Shown piece by piece: positions 35,290 through 43,974 of a stretch of 62,599 bases of DNA (positions within the stretch are counted from its first letter, which is position 1; each line of letters opens with the position of its first letter). The position numbers and the translations under genes are program-made. The DNA lies in the NCBI GenBank assembly GCA_003635305.1, contig PYJE01000200.1:27171-89769 (forward strand), written 5' to 3'. The stretch comes from Candidatus Poribacteria bacterium. GTDB taxonomy: Bacteria; Poribacteria; WGA-4E; WGA-3G. The notes beneath the pieces are model-generated. The model ran no database searches and had not been told where the DNA came from. It saw only the letters and a program-made list of their open reading frames with translations.

Positions 35290-35450
35290 ACAAAACGGAA
35301 CCTCTGTCAAATGGAGAGGGGTTCTAAAAAAGGACAGGCCTTACGCAAATGATGGAACTCGCCACCGGTAGACGCGGTTTCAAGTAGACGCGGTTTCAAA
35401 CCGCGCCTACAAGACTTGTGTTCTGCGTAAGCCTTAAAGGAGAAAAAACC

Positions 35451-35963
35451 ATGACACGCTTAATTTTTTGCCTTATATGCATCTTTTTGGGGTTAATCCT
35501 CAGTTTCTCGGTGCAGGCACAAGAGACAGAACTCGTCAAAGATTACGCAATCGGCTTTCACGGAGCTACGCCCGCGTTTGGCGGAATTAGTTTTCGCTAT
35601 TGTGGACTCGCACCCGTCTATCTACAGACTGTCGGGCGTTTTATCCTCTTGGACCAGGAGAGTGACCATATGTTGGGCGCGGGTGTCTCATACGCCATCT
35701 TTGAGAAGCAAACACGGTTGAACATCGCTAGACTTTACTTCGCCTTGCAAGGCGGTTGGCGATATAAGACCGAAGGCACTCTCCAGACAACGACACTCGG
35801 TGCCGGGCTGGCGTTTGGCGGCGAACTAGTGTTTTCACTCGGTGGCATCCCACTCGGTTTGAACTTGGAAATCGGGCAGGGGTTCGGCAGGGAAAACACA
35901 AGCACTGAATCGAATCCGATGGCCGGCGTTTACGTCGGCGCGGGGATACATGCCTATTTTTAG
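35451..35963 (+). CDS. Small outer-membrane beta-barrel-like protein (hypothetical)
   Basis: AAAGGAG RBS, signal MTRLIFCLICIFLGLILSFSVQAQ, alternating Gly/aromatic beta-strand pattern, and a terminal ..GIHAYF. Confidence 0.55.
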   Translation: MTRLIFCLICIFLGLILSFSVQAQETELVKDYAIGFHGATPAFGGISFRYCGLAPVYLQTVGRFILLDQESDHMLGAGVSYAIFEKQTRLNIARLYFALQGGWRYKTEGTLQTTTLGAGLAFGGELVFSLGGIPLGLNLEIGQGFGRENTSTESNPMAGVYVGAGIHAYF

Positions 35964-36096
35964 GGTGCTTTTGCTATGTAGGCGTGATGGCGCGGTTTCA
36001 AACCGCGTCTACTAGGCATCTTGTATCAATAGGCGCGATGGCGCGGTTTCAAACCGCGCCTACCGGTGGAGGGCGTTGCCGGTGTTGCGTGCTGCA

Positions 36097-36667
36097 GCAG
36101 GATTTTCAAGATTTGCAAGATTCACAGGATTTTTTTGTCGCCGAGCGTGCAGGATCAGGCGATCCTGCTCTATAAAGAGTGGCGGTGCATGGCAGTAGGA
36201 GAGACCTCCCGCGTCTCGATGCGCTTTCGGTGAGTCCGACGGTGGCGTGGGACAGGCCCTCGCCCTACGTTAGCAAGGGAGATGCTGCGGCCCCGTAGCG
36301 CGGGGGCCTGTCCCCCGCGCTCGCCGCGGCCGCGCGAGACAGGCCCCTGTAGTTCGCGATCGCCTGATCGCGAACGGGTCAGGATCGGGCGATCCTTACC
36401 TACAGAATGGGGCGGTGTGGCGGCAGTAGGAGAGACCTCCTGGTCTCGATGCTTTCTGTGATACCGACGGTGGCGAGGGACAGGCCCTCGCCCTACGGTA
36501 AGGAAGGAGCATCGCCCGACCTACCGTCGCGCGGTGTCTATAGACATTAAGGTCCTACGGACCTTTTCGCCATGCTACTGCCGAACGTCTATAGACATTA
36601 AGGTCCTTACGGACCTGAAGACGAATTTCCCTAATCCTGCTAATCTTGCAAATCTTGAAAATCTTGC
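36097..36667. repeat. REP cluster bounded by 35-bp inverted repeats of the AGGATT/AAGATT 9-mer family
   Basis: 36097-36131 gcaggattttcaagatttgcaagattcacaggatt matches the reverse complement of 36633-36667 at 32/35. At least 8 REP hairpins from 5 families lie between them. Confidence 0.8.
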
Positions 36668-36674
36668 TTTTAAT

Positions 36675-36703
36675 TTGACAAAAATAAAAAAATAATGTAT
36701 AAT
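36675..36703 (+). promoter_or_regulatory. Consensus sigma70 promoter TTGACA-17 nt-TATAAT
   Basis: Both hexamers are perfect and the spacer is AT-rich. It lies upstream of the TonB-dependent receptor gene. Confidence 0.55.
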
Positions 36704-36944
36704 TAAAATAGTGGTTTAAGTTTTCCACGATATTTACCGAAAAAAAGGAGATAACTCAATGACTTATCTATTTTTCTTCACAATAGCGGGCATTGCATCC
36801 CGCTTGAAAACGTCCGTCACCGGGCTGTTGCAGGGTTCCCTGCAAGAGTTTCGCGCGCTCGCGCGGTTAGGTGACGTATCCTACCCTGAAGACCCCCGTG
36901 CTTTACGGCCGTTAAGGACTGAAGATACCCCAGGAGAAGTCCTT

Positions 36945-39374
36945 ATGAGACACTTTTTCTCGCTACTGCTGGTGTTCACATTGCCAGTGGCCGCCTTTGC
37001 CCAATCCGAATCCGCCGAGACTGGGACAATCCAAGGCACCGTCGCTGAACAAATGACCGGCGCGCCGTTAGCCGATGCCGATGTGCAGCTGCTTGAAACT
37101 AACGAATACCAAACCTCCGCCGAAGATGGAACGTTTTGGTTCACCGATGTCGCACCCGGCACCTACACGCTATCTGTCTCGCATGCTACTTATGGCACCG
37201 CGCAGGAAAGCAAAATTGAGGTGCGTGCAGGTGATACAACGCTGGTGAAGATTTCCCTCGGTGATGTCTTTGAGCTTGAGAAGGTTATCATCGAAGGCGA
37301 GCGCGTGCCACCTACCGTGAGTCGGCAGGAAATTCGGGGCAGTGAATTGCTCCGTCTTCCCGGTACCGGCGGCGATGCACTCAAAGGCCTCATGACACTA
37401 CCGAGCATCGGTATTCCAAACGATTTCGTTGGCTCGCTCTATATCCGTGGGAGCACGCCGGGGGACAATCTCATCTATTTCGATCGGACACCGATGGGTT
37501 ATCCGTTCCATTACGGCGGCATTGTTTCAACCATCAGTTCGGAAATTATTGACGACATCCACATCTATGCAGGTGGATACGGCGCAGAATTCGGGTTGGA
37601 CGCGCAAACGGTGATTGACATCCGCTCGCGGGATAAATTGGAAGATGAGACGTTGAGCGGCACTTTCAACCTGAATATTCTCTATTCGGAGGGGCTACTG
37701 GAGGGGCAAATCGGCAAGAAGGGATATGCTTATCTCTCTGGCCGGCGGAGTTACCTCGATCTTGTAGTCGGTCCGTTCATAGAGGGAAATAACGTGTTGC
37801 CCTACTTTTCAGATTACCAATTCAAGTATGCCCACGACTTGGCGGAGAAGCATCAACTGACGTTCAACGCCTTTGGTGCAACCGATCATTTTGAATTTGA
37901 CATCGTCGCCGCGGACGCAGACTCTGAAGCCACGCTTTCAAACCCTGAAGGCGTTGAAGGCTCGCCTTCTTCTGCCTATTTCAAAAACGGGTTTGAGGCA
38001 CAAGGGATACATCTCCGTTCACATTTCACGGAAAAACTCACCTCACACCTCTCTCTCACGCGTTCCCACAATTTTCTCAACGTCGACTTCGATTTGGTGA
38101 CAAACGAAAGTTTTGCACAGGGCCCAGATGGTGAGTGGGAAGTGGCATCCACTGAGTATTCGCACTATGACATTCAGGTGAACGTTCCGGTTTACACGCT
38201 GCGCGAAGACGTGTCCTACAAAATCACACCGACGCTTCAGTTTGAACCAGGGTTTCTTTTTGCTGTCAGCCCCGCAACCAGCTTTTCTTACACCAATCTG
38301 CCAGTCACCGAGGAAACGGAAGTGACAGAAGGGGAAGACCTGGGTGAATTGCTTGAAGAGGCTCGGGCGGATGGAGACGAGGCAATTATCTTCAGGAACG
38401 ACTCCGATGGCAGCGAGGAGATTTTTTTACAGGAGACGTGGACTGAGGAAACTCGCGAAGAATTCAACAAACAGTTCCGCCGTGCCGAAGGTTACCTCCA
38501 AACGCGATATGAACCGTTTCCGTTTCTATCGGCGGCACTAGGCGTTCGGTTAGATTACCTCAACGTGACAGACGAAATCTCGGTGCAGCCGCGGGCCAGT
38601 CTTGCCTTCAAGATGCCGAGCGGTGCAGCCCTGCGCCTCGCTTACGGACGGTATGAACAGAGCCCGAAACCGAATGAAATGCTTGCCGAAGACGGAAATC
38701 CGGCGTTAACCTCAAGCGTCACCAGCCACTACATCGTGGAATTGGAGCAGGAGCTCACGTCTCAAACCGAACTTAAGTTGGCGGGCTATTACAAAACGCA
38801 GGCAAATTTGGTAACGCCGGATGAAGCAGAAGGGTATCTCAATCAGGGTGTGGGCTATGTCGGTGGCGCGGAGATGTTCCTGCGGCACCGTATCACTGAT
38901 AAATTTTTCGGTTGGATTTCGTATGCTTGGACGCACGCGGAACGCCGCACCCATCCTGATGCTGAGTATGCCCCCTACCTCTTTGATAACACGAGCGTTG
39001 TCAGTGTCGTCGCGAATTACAATTTCTCGCCGACATTTGAGATAGGGGCGAAGTGGCAGTATTCCAGCGGCACGTCCAGCGTCCCGGTCGCCGAGATTTT
39101 CTTAGTTCAAGACCCGGTTACGCGCGGGATGCGCAAACTACCCTTTGAAACTGAAGACGACGACTTAATTGCGCTGCCAGCCTATCACCGGTTGGATGTG
39201 CGGATAAGCAAAAAATGGGATTTTGACGGTTGGAAGATAGGCGGGTTTCTGGAAATTTTGAACGCCTATAATCGGCGAAATGTCATGCAATTTACGAATC
39301 CTGAGGATGGCAGCGTGGAAGAGATAGAGCAATTTCCCATCATACCGTATCTCGGGCTGACGGTGGAATTTTAA
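36945..39374 (+). CDS. TonB-dependent receptor-like outer-membrane protein with an N-terminal carboxypeptidase-regulatory-like domain
   Basis: Signal MRHFFSLLLVFTLPVAAFAQ after an AGGAGA RBS. GTIQGTV..TGAPLADADVQL...GTFWFTDVAPGTYTLSVSH (CarbopepD_reg), GDALKGLMTLPSIG plug, and terminal YLGLTVEF. The track ORF starts at 36759, 62 codons upstream; that start is also possible. Confidence 0.75.
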   Translation: MRHFFSLLLVFTLPVAAFAQSESAETGTIQGTVAEQMTGAPLADADVQLLETNEYQTSAEDGTFWFTDVAPGTYTLSVSHATYGTAQESKIEVRAGDTTLVKISLGDVFELEKVIIEGERVPPTVSRQEIRGSELLRLPGTGGDALKGLMTLPSIGIPNDFVGSLYIRGSTPGDNLIYFDRTPMGYPFHYGGIVSTISSEIIDDIHIYAGGYGAEFGLDAQTVIDIRSRDKLEDETLSGTFNLNILYSEGLLEGQIGKKGYAYLSGRRSYLDLVVGPFIEGNNVLPYFSDYQFKYAHDLAEKHQLTFNAFGATDHFEFDIVAADADSEATLSNPEGVEGSPSSAYFKNGFEAQGIHLRSHFTEKLTSHLSLTRSHNFLNVDFDLVTNESFAQGPDGEWEVASTEYSHYDIQVNVPVYTLREDVSYKITPTLQFEPGFLFAVSPATSFSYTNLPVTEETEVTEGEDLGELLEEARADGDEAIIFRNDSDGSEEIFLQETWTEETREEFNKQFRRAEGYLQTRYEPFPFLSAALGVRLDYLNVTDEISVQPRASLAFKMPSGAALRLAYGRYEQSPKPNEMLAEDGNPALTSSVTSHYIVELEQELTSQTELKLAGYYKTQANLVTPDEAEGYLNQGVGYVGGAEMFLRHRITDKFFGWISYAWTHAERRTHPDAEYAPYLFDNTSVVSVVANYNFSPTFEIGAKWQYSSGTSSVPVAEIFLVQDPVTRGMRKLPFETEDDDLIALPAYHRLDVRISKKWDFDGWKIGGFLEILNAYNRRNVMQFTNPEDGSVEEIEQFPIIPYLGLTVEF

Positions 39375-39402
39375 GTTCTTCGCCGCGCCTTGTAGGCCCA
39401 TT

Positions 39403-39498
39403 CGTTTGCCTCTGGCACACATCCAGACGAGGGCTGTTCGCGATCAGGCGATCGCGAACTACAGGGGCCGTTTGCCTCTGGCACACATCCAGACGAGG
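39403..39498. repeat. REP hairpin flanked by a 30-bp direct duplication
   Basis: cgtttgcctctggcacacatccagacgagg occurs at 39403-39432 and again at 39469-39498. They flank ctgttcgcgatcaggcgatcgcgaactacagg. Confidence 0.9.
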
Positions 39499-39551
39499 AG
39501 GGCCCTCCTACACTGCTCTTACAACTCCTTAAGGAGCTGAATGTCTATAAA

Positions 39552-39744
39552 GTAGAAATCGACAACGTCGATTTCGGGTTACGCAGAGAGATGTCAAACT
39601 GACGTTAAACCTACGCCGAACGCCTCGCGAACAACAAAAAAGATGCTGAAATGTAGAAAACGACAACGTCGTTTTCGGCTTTACGAGGAGATACATTCTC
39701 GAACCAAACAACGTCCGCCGAACGCCTCGCGAACAACAAAAAAG
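39552..39744 (+). repeat. 2 x 100-bp tandem leader module (hairpin + CCGAACGCCTCGCGAACAACAAAAAAG box)
   Basis: Copies start at 39552 and 39652. The hairpins are aaatcgac-aac-gtcgattt and gaaaacgac-aac-gtcgttttc. Same family as 26659-26880, 57291-57384 and 58248-58353. Confidence 0.85.
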
Positions 39745-39762
39745 CAAAATCTCGCATTTTTG

Positions 39763-39791
39763 TTGCAATTTCCGCAGTTTTGTGGTATAAT
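39763..39791 (+). promoter_or_regulatory. Promoter candidate TTGCAA-17 nt-(TGg)TATAAT, extended -10
   Basis: Read directly, ~30 nt upstream of the 39823 start. Confidence 0.5.
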
Positions 39792-39822
39792 ACATACATA
39801 TCTCTTTTGACACCTTGTCCTG

Positions 39823-42180
39823 GTGCTGTTTATGGTTTTACATTTTGCTCGCAAACGCTATCTTTGGGTTGCATGTGTATGTGGGACGCTATTTGCCTGC
39901 ACCGCGGTAGCCGCATCGCCGAAGGCACGCACCCACCTACCAGCGAGTTCTGTCGCCGTAAGTGACGATGCCTTGGCGACGTTTTTCAATCCTGCAGGAT
40001 TAGGCGCAGGCCGCGCGTTGAATCTCTATTACCTGCGGACGTACCAAAGTGAGTCGCAACCCGGCGATGACGCTTTTTTCATCGCCGCACCGGGCGCGGG
40101 GTTCAGCATGGAGTTCGCAACGACTGCGGACGACATTGACTTCACACGGTATAGTCTCTCCACCGGACGACATTTAGGGAGCGCGCTTTACTGGGGCACG
40201 AGTTACAGTTGGATAAATTCCGACGACAAAGGCTACGACACATTCCGTTCGCTTTCGTTGGGATTAATGTATCGTCGCCGCTATTTTTCAATTGGCGCGA
40301 TAACTCGGAATCTGAACCGTCCGAAGTTGTTAGGCGAAAAGTTGGGGCGCGCTTATGACATAGGTGTCGCGCTGCGTCCTGGCACTTGGCGGGCGACGTT
40401 CTCCCTTGATATGCAAAAAATGCAGGGCATCGGAGGCGTTGACTTTCAATACGCGTTGGAGTTGCGGCCTATCCGAGAAGTGATGCTCCGCGGCATGCTA
40501 AACAGTGACAGGAGTTTTGATATCCGTTTCGGCATCAACATCGGGAATTGGGGCGTGGGGACAGACAACCGTTTTGATGCGGACAGCGCGCAAACCGGTG
40601 TCGGGTATTTCCAATTCTCTAGCGCGCCGAAAACAAGAGCCATTCCGCGTCGACGCAAGGTTCTCGATTTGTCCATGGGCTCGCTGGAACGAACGCTGCG
40701 CATCGCGAAGCGGGACAAAGATGTCGCGGGCGTGCTGATTCGCATCAACGGCAGCGGCTACGGCATGGGACAGCTGCAAGAGATGCGCGATGCTGTCATT
40801 GAATTCAAGGAATCTGGCCGCGTCGTTATCAGTTATCTCTCTAGTTGTTCCACCGGAGATTACATCGTCGCCTCCGCGTGCGATGCGATTTTGATGCACC
40901 CTTCGGCGGAGGTGCGGCTCATCGGGCTGCGCGCCGAACGTTCGTTTTACAAAGGCGCGTTGGATATGCTCGGCATCAGGGCAGATATTGAACAGATTGG
41001 GAAGTATAAATCAGCGGCGGAAACGTTCACGCGGCGCGATATGTCCGAAGCACATCGCGAAGTCCAAAACGTGATTCTCGATGAACTCTATGAGCAGTTA
41101 GTAACGGCGATAGTTAAAAACCGTGGCTGGACCCCGGAAACCGTCAAAAACCTTATAGATGGCGGGCCCTATACCGCGCGAGGGGCACGCAATGCCAAAT
41201 TGGTTGACAGACTCGTCTATGAAGACGAATTGCCGAATGTTGTGGCTACCCTCACGGACTCCGCTACGGAATTAGTCACACTCGGCGAGTATGCGAATAG
41301 CGGGCTTTACGTTCACGAGTGGCGGGTGCAGCGGCCGAAGATTGCGATTATTGAGGCAGAAGGGTTGATGATGACGGGAGATAGTTTCACCGATGTGCTG
41401 ATGGGCACACAGGTGATGGGTTCGGATACAATCGCCCGCGCCATTCGCACCGTGCGAGAAGACGAAGCGATAAAGGCAGTCGTATTGCGGATAGATAGCG
41501 GCGGTGGGCTCGTCGTCGCCGCAGATATTTTGTGGCGTGAACTTGTGCTGCTCGCAGAAGCCAAACCGCTTGTCGTCTCAATGGCAGATGTAGCGGCATC
41601 GGGCGGCTACTACATTGCCGCGCCAGCCGATGTCATCGTCGCCGAACCCGGTACCATCACCGGTTCTATCGGCGTTATCGGCGGCAAGTATAGTCTCAAG
41701 GGATTTTACGAAACATTCGGCATCCGGAAGGAGATTCTGAAACGCGGCAAGCACGCCGATTTTTACACCGATTACGGCGACTATCCCCCAGCAGAACAAG
41801 AAATCGTCCGCAGACAAATTGCAGAGATTTACGACGATTTTATCACAAAAGTCGCTATCGGACGGCCCGGGTTGACGAAGGAAGAGGTAGATAGCCTCGG
41901 ACGCGGGCGCATCTGGACAGGCGAACAGGCGAAGGAGAACGGACTTGTTGATGAACTCGGCGGGTTAAGCCGCGCCCTTGAAATCGCACAAGAAAAGGCA
42001 GGATTGGAGAAACAGGTTGTGGAAATCGTCCGGCTCCCAAAACAGACATGGGTGTCGCAGCTCGTCAACAACTATCGTTTGCTTTCAACGCCTCACACTT
42101 TTGTGGACAGCGGTGTGCTAAAAATCGTGAGGCATAGGCTTTTTCTATTGATGCCGTATCAGATGCCACTGAGCGATTAG
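39823..42180 (+). CDS. sppA: Signal peptide peptidase SppA (67K type, two S49 domains) with an extra ~270-aa N-terminal beta-barrel-like domain
   Basis: VAGVLIRINGSGYGMGQLQEMR (domain 1), and VVLRIDSGGGLVVAADIL...MADVAASGGYYIAAPADVIVAEPGTITGSIGV (domain 2 with catalytic Ser). The N-terminal part contains SDDALATFFNPAGLGAG. Confidence 0.8.
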   Translation: MLFMVLHFARKRYLWVACVCGTLFACTAVAASPKARTHLPASSVAVSDDALATFFNPAGLGAGRALNLYYLRTYQSESQPGDDAFFIAAPGAGFSMEFATTADDIDFTRYSLSTGRHLGSALYWGTSYSWINSDDKGYDTFRSLSLGLMYRRRYFSIGAITRNLNRPKLLGEKLGRAYDIGVALRPGTWRATFSLDMQKMQGIGGVDFQYALELRPIREVMLRGMLNSDRSFDIRFGINIGNWGVGTDNRFDADSAQTGVGYFQFSSAPKTRAIPRRRKVLDLSMGSLERTLRIAKRDKDVAGVLIRINGSGYGMGQLQEMRDAVIEFKESGRVVISYLSSCSTGDYIVASACDAILMHPSAEVRLIGLRAERSFYKGALDMLGIRADIEQIGKYKSAAETFTRRDMSEAHREVQNVILDELYEQLVTAIVKNRGWTPETVKNLIDGGPYTARGARNAKLVDRLVYEDELPNVVATLTDSATELVTLGEYANSGLYVHEWRVQRPKIAIIEAEGLMMTGDSFTDVLMGTQVMGSDTIARAIRTVREDEAIKAVVLRIDSGGGLVVAADILWRELVLLAEAKPLVVSMADVAASGGYYIAAPADVIVAEPGTITGSIGVIGGKYSLKGFYETFGIRKEILKRGKHADFYTDYGDYPPAEQEIVRRQIAEIYDDFITKVAIGRPGLTKEEVDSLGRGRIWTGEQAKENGLVDELGGLSRALEIAQEKAGLEKQVVEIVRLPKQTWVSQLVNNYRLLSTPHTFVDSGVLKIVRHRLFLLMPYQMPLSD

Positions 42181-42192
42181 GGAGTCAGCGCG

Positions 42193-42837
42193 ATGGACTA
42201 TGCAACACAACGACAGGAAATGGTGCAACACCAACTTGAGAATCGCGGTATCCGCAACCCACAGGTGCTTGCCGTGATGCGCAAGGTGAAACGCCACCTC
42301 TTCGTCACACCGGAAAATGTCAACGCTGCGTATCAGGATAGTCCCCTCCGGATTGCGTATGGACAGACAATCTCGCAGCCCTACATCGTGGCATTGATGA
42401 CAGAACTGCTCGCGTTAACGCCGACATCAAAGGTGCTTGAGATTGGCACGGGGTGCGGTTACCAAACCGCCGTTTTAGCGGAATTGGCGGCAGAAGTCTA
42501 TTCGGTTGAGATTCTGCCTGAACTGGCCGACAGCGCGAAGGTGAGGTTAACAGAAACCCTCAACTATCAGAATATCCGATTCAAACTCGGTGATGGGCAT
42601 TACGGCTGGCAAGAGCACGCGCCTTATGACGCTATCCTCGTTGCAGCCGCACCGAAAGAGATTCCGCAACGGCTGGTTCACCAATTGGGCGAAGGCGGCA
42701 GGCTGGCTATTCCTGTCGGCGATATAGTGCAACACCTGCTTTTGATTCAGAAGACAGCGGGAGAAACAGAGACACAGACGGTTACCGGTGTCAATTTTGT
42801 GCCAATGACAGGGGTTTCCGGTAGGCGCGCTTTGTGA
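42193..42837 (+). CDS. pcm: Protein-L-isoaspartate O-methyltransferase
   Basis: ISQPYIVALMTELL and VLEIGTGCGYQTAVLAEL. 214 aa. The last 7 codons and the stop are encoded by a REP element. Confidence 0.9.
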   Translation: MDYATQRQEMVQHQLENRGIRNPQVLAVMRKVKRHLFVTPENVNAAYQDSPLRIAYGQTISQPYIVALMTELLALTPTSKVLEIGTGCGYQTAVLAELAAEVYSVEILPELADSAKVRLTETLNYQNIRFKLGDGHYGWQEHAPYDAILVAAAPKEIPQRLVHQLGEGGRLAIPVGDIVQHLLLIQKTAGETETQTVTGVNFVPMTGVSGRRAL

Positions 42838-42930
42838 GTGTGCATCCAACGCCTCTGCGATTGCAAACCGCGCCTACTCATGACTGGGTTTCCGGTAGGC
42901 GCGCTTTGTAAGCGCGCACTCAACGCCTAC
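42812..42930. repeat. Two 42-bp REP units (period 74) plus a half REP; the first overlaps the pcm 3' end
   Basis: gggtttccggtaggcgcgctttgt(g/a)ag.g.gca..caacgcc occurs at 42812 and 42886. Confidence 0.85.
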
Positions 42931-42983
42931 CGGCGAGAAGAAAAGGAGCACCGACGGAGGCTCACGCCTCCACAATAACACCT

Positions 42984-43961
42984 ATGATGCAGATACACAC
43001 ATTCTCTAACCTAACGAAACTCGGCATGCTTGTGCTGTTTATCGCACTTATTCTCTTTGCAATTCCCACCTTTGCTGCGTTTAACGACATTGGCGTGGGG
43101 GCGCGTCCGTTGGGACTCGGCGGTGCCTTCGTCGCACTCGCTGACGATAGCAACGCCGCAAACTACAACGCCGCCGGATTGGGCTACATTGATGCAATCC
43201 ACGCCGGCGTAACGCGCGAGCAGCGGTTCAACGGGCTCATCACCTATAACGCGTTGAGCAGCATTGTTCCAGTTGGCATTCTCGGTTCCATCGGCGCGCA
43301 TATCGGCATATTAGCTGAGGATTCGGATATCTATCAGGAGCAGACGTTGGTATTCTCTTACGGCAAGGCGTTCCTCAAGCAATTCGCCATCGGCGTTAAC
43401 CTGAAACGGTTCAGCACTGCTTTTGATGAAACCAACGAATTTGTCGCGGGGAACGACTATTTCACGCAAACTTCCGCCTCGGCGATTTCGGTGGACATGG
43501 GGATAATTGCCAAGCCTGTCGCCGGGCTGAGCATCGGCGTTGCCGCGGAAAATCTCGCGCCAGCGGACATGAGTATCTCCGACGCGTTCACCGATTCGGT
43601 GCCTCGCAATATTCGGGCGGGGGTGGCGTATCGGCTTGCATCTATCGCAGAAATGAGCGCGCAAGGCGCAACGGTGAGTAATATCCTGAAATTCAGTTTG
43701 GCGACGCTGGAGGTGGCACTGCGCGAGGGAGAAACGCACGTCCGCGCCGGTGCCGAGGTCTGGTTCAATAAACATATCGCCGCGCGGGGAGGATATGGAA
43801 TAAAGAGCGGCGTGGATTCCGCCTCCACCATCGCCCTCGGCGCAAGTCTGAAAATCCCGGTTAGTGCTACCGATTTACAATTGGACTACGGATTCCAACT
43901 GCTTACCGGCGTTTTCCGCGATAATACAACGCAGCGGGTGTCGGTGAATTGGGTTTTCTAA
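42984..43961 (+). CDS. PorV/PorQ-like outer-membrane beta-barrel protein
   Basis: Signal peptide, then GVGARPLGLGGAFVALADDSNAANYNAAGLG (my recollection of the PorV/PorQ family N-terminal motif), and a terminal VSVNWVF. Confidence 0.45.
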   Translation: MMQIHTFSNLTKLGMLVLFIALILFAIPTFAAFNDIGVGARPLGLGGAFVALADDSNAANYNAAGLGYIDAIHAGVTREQRFNGLITYNALSSIVPVGILGSIGAHIGILAEDSDIYQEQTLVFSYGKAFLKQFAIGVNLKRFSTAFDETNEFVAGNDYFTQTSASAISVDMGIIAKPVAGLSIGVAAENLAPADMSISDAFTDSVPRNIRAGVAYRLASIAEMSAQGATVSNILKFSLATLEVALREGETHVRAGAEVWFNKHIAARGGYGIKSGVDSASTIALGASLKIPVSATDLQLDYGFQLLTGVFRDNTTQRVSVNWVF

Positions 43962-43974
43962 AGGTTGGACAAAT

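Noticed and set aside
36759-36944. 62-codon N-terminal extension of the TonB-dependent receptor ORF. It has a good AAGGAG RBS.
   Set aside because: A canonical signal peptide with its own RBS begins at 36945, and an extension would bury it. I kept it as an alternative start in the feature note rather than as a separate gene.
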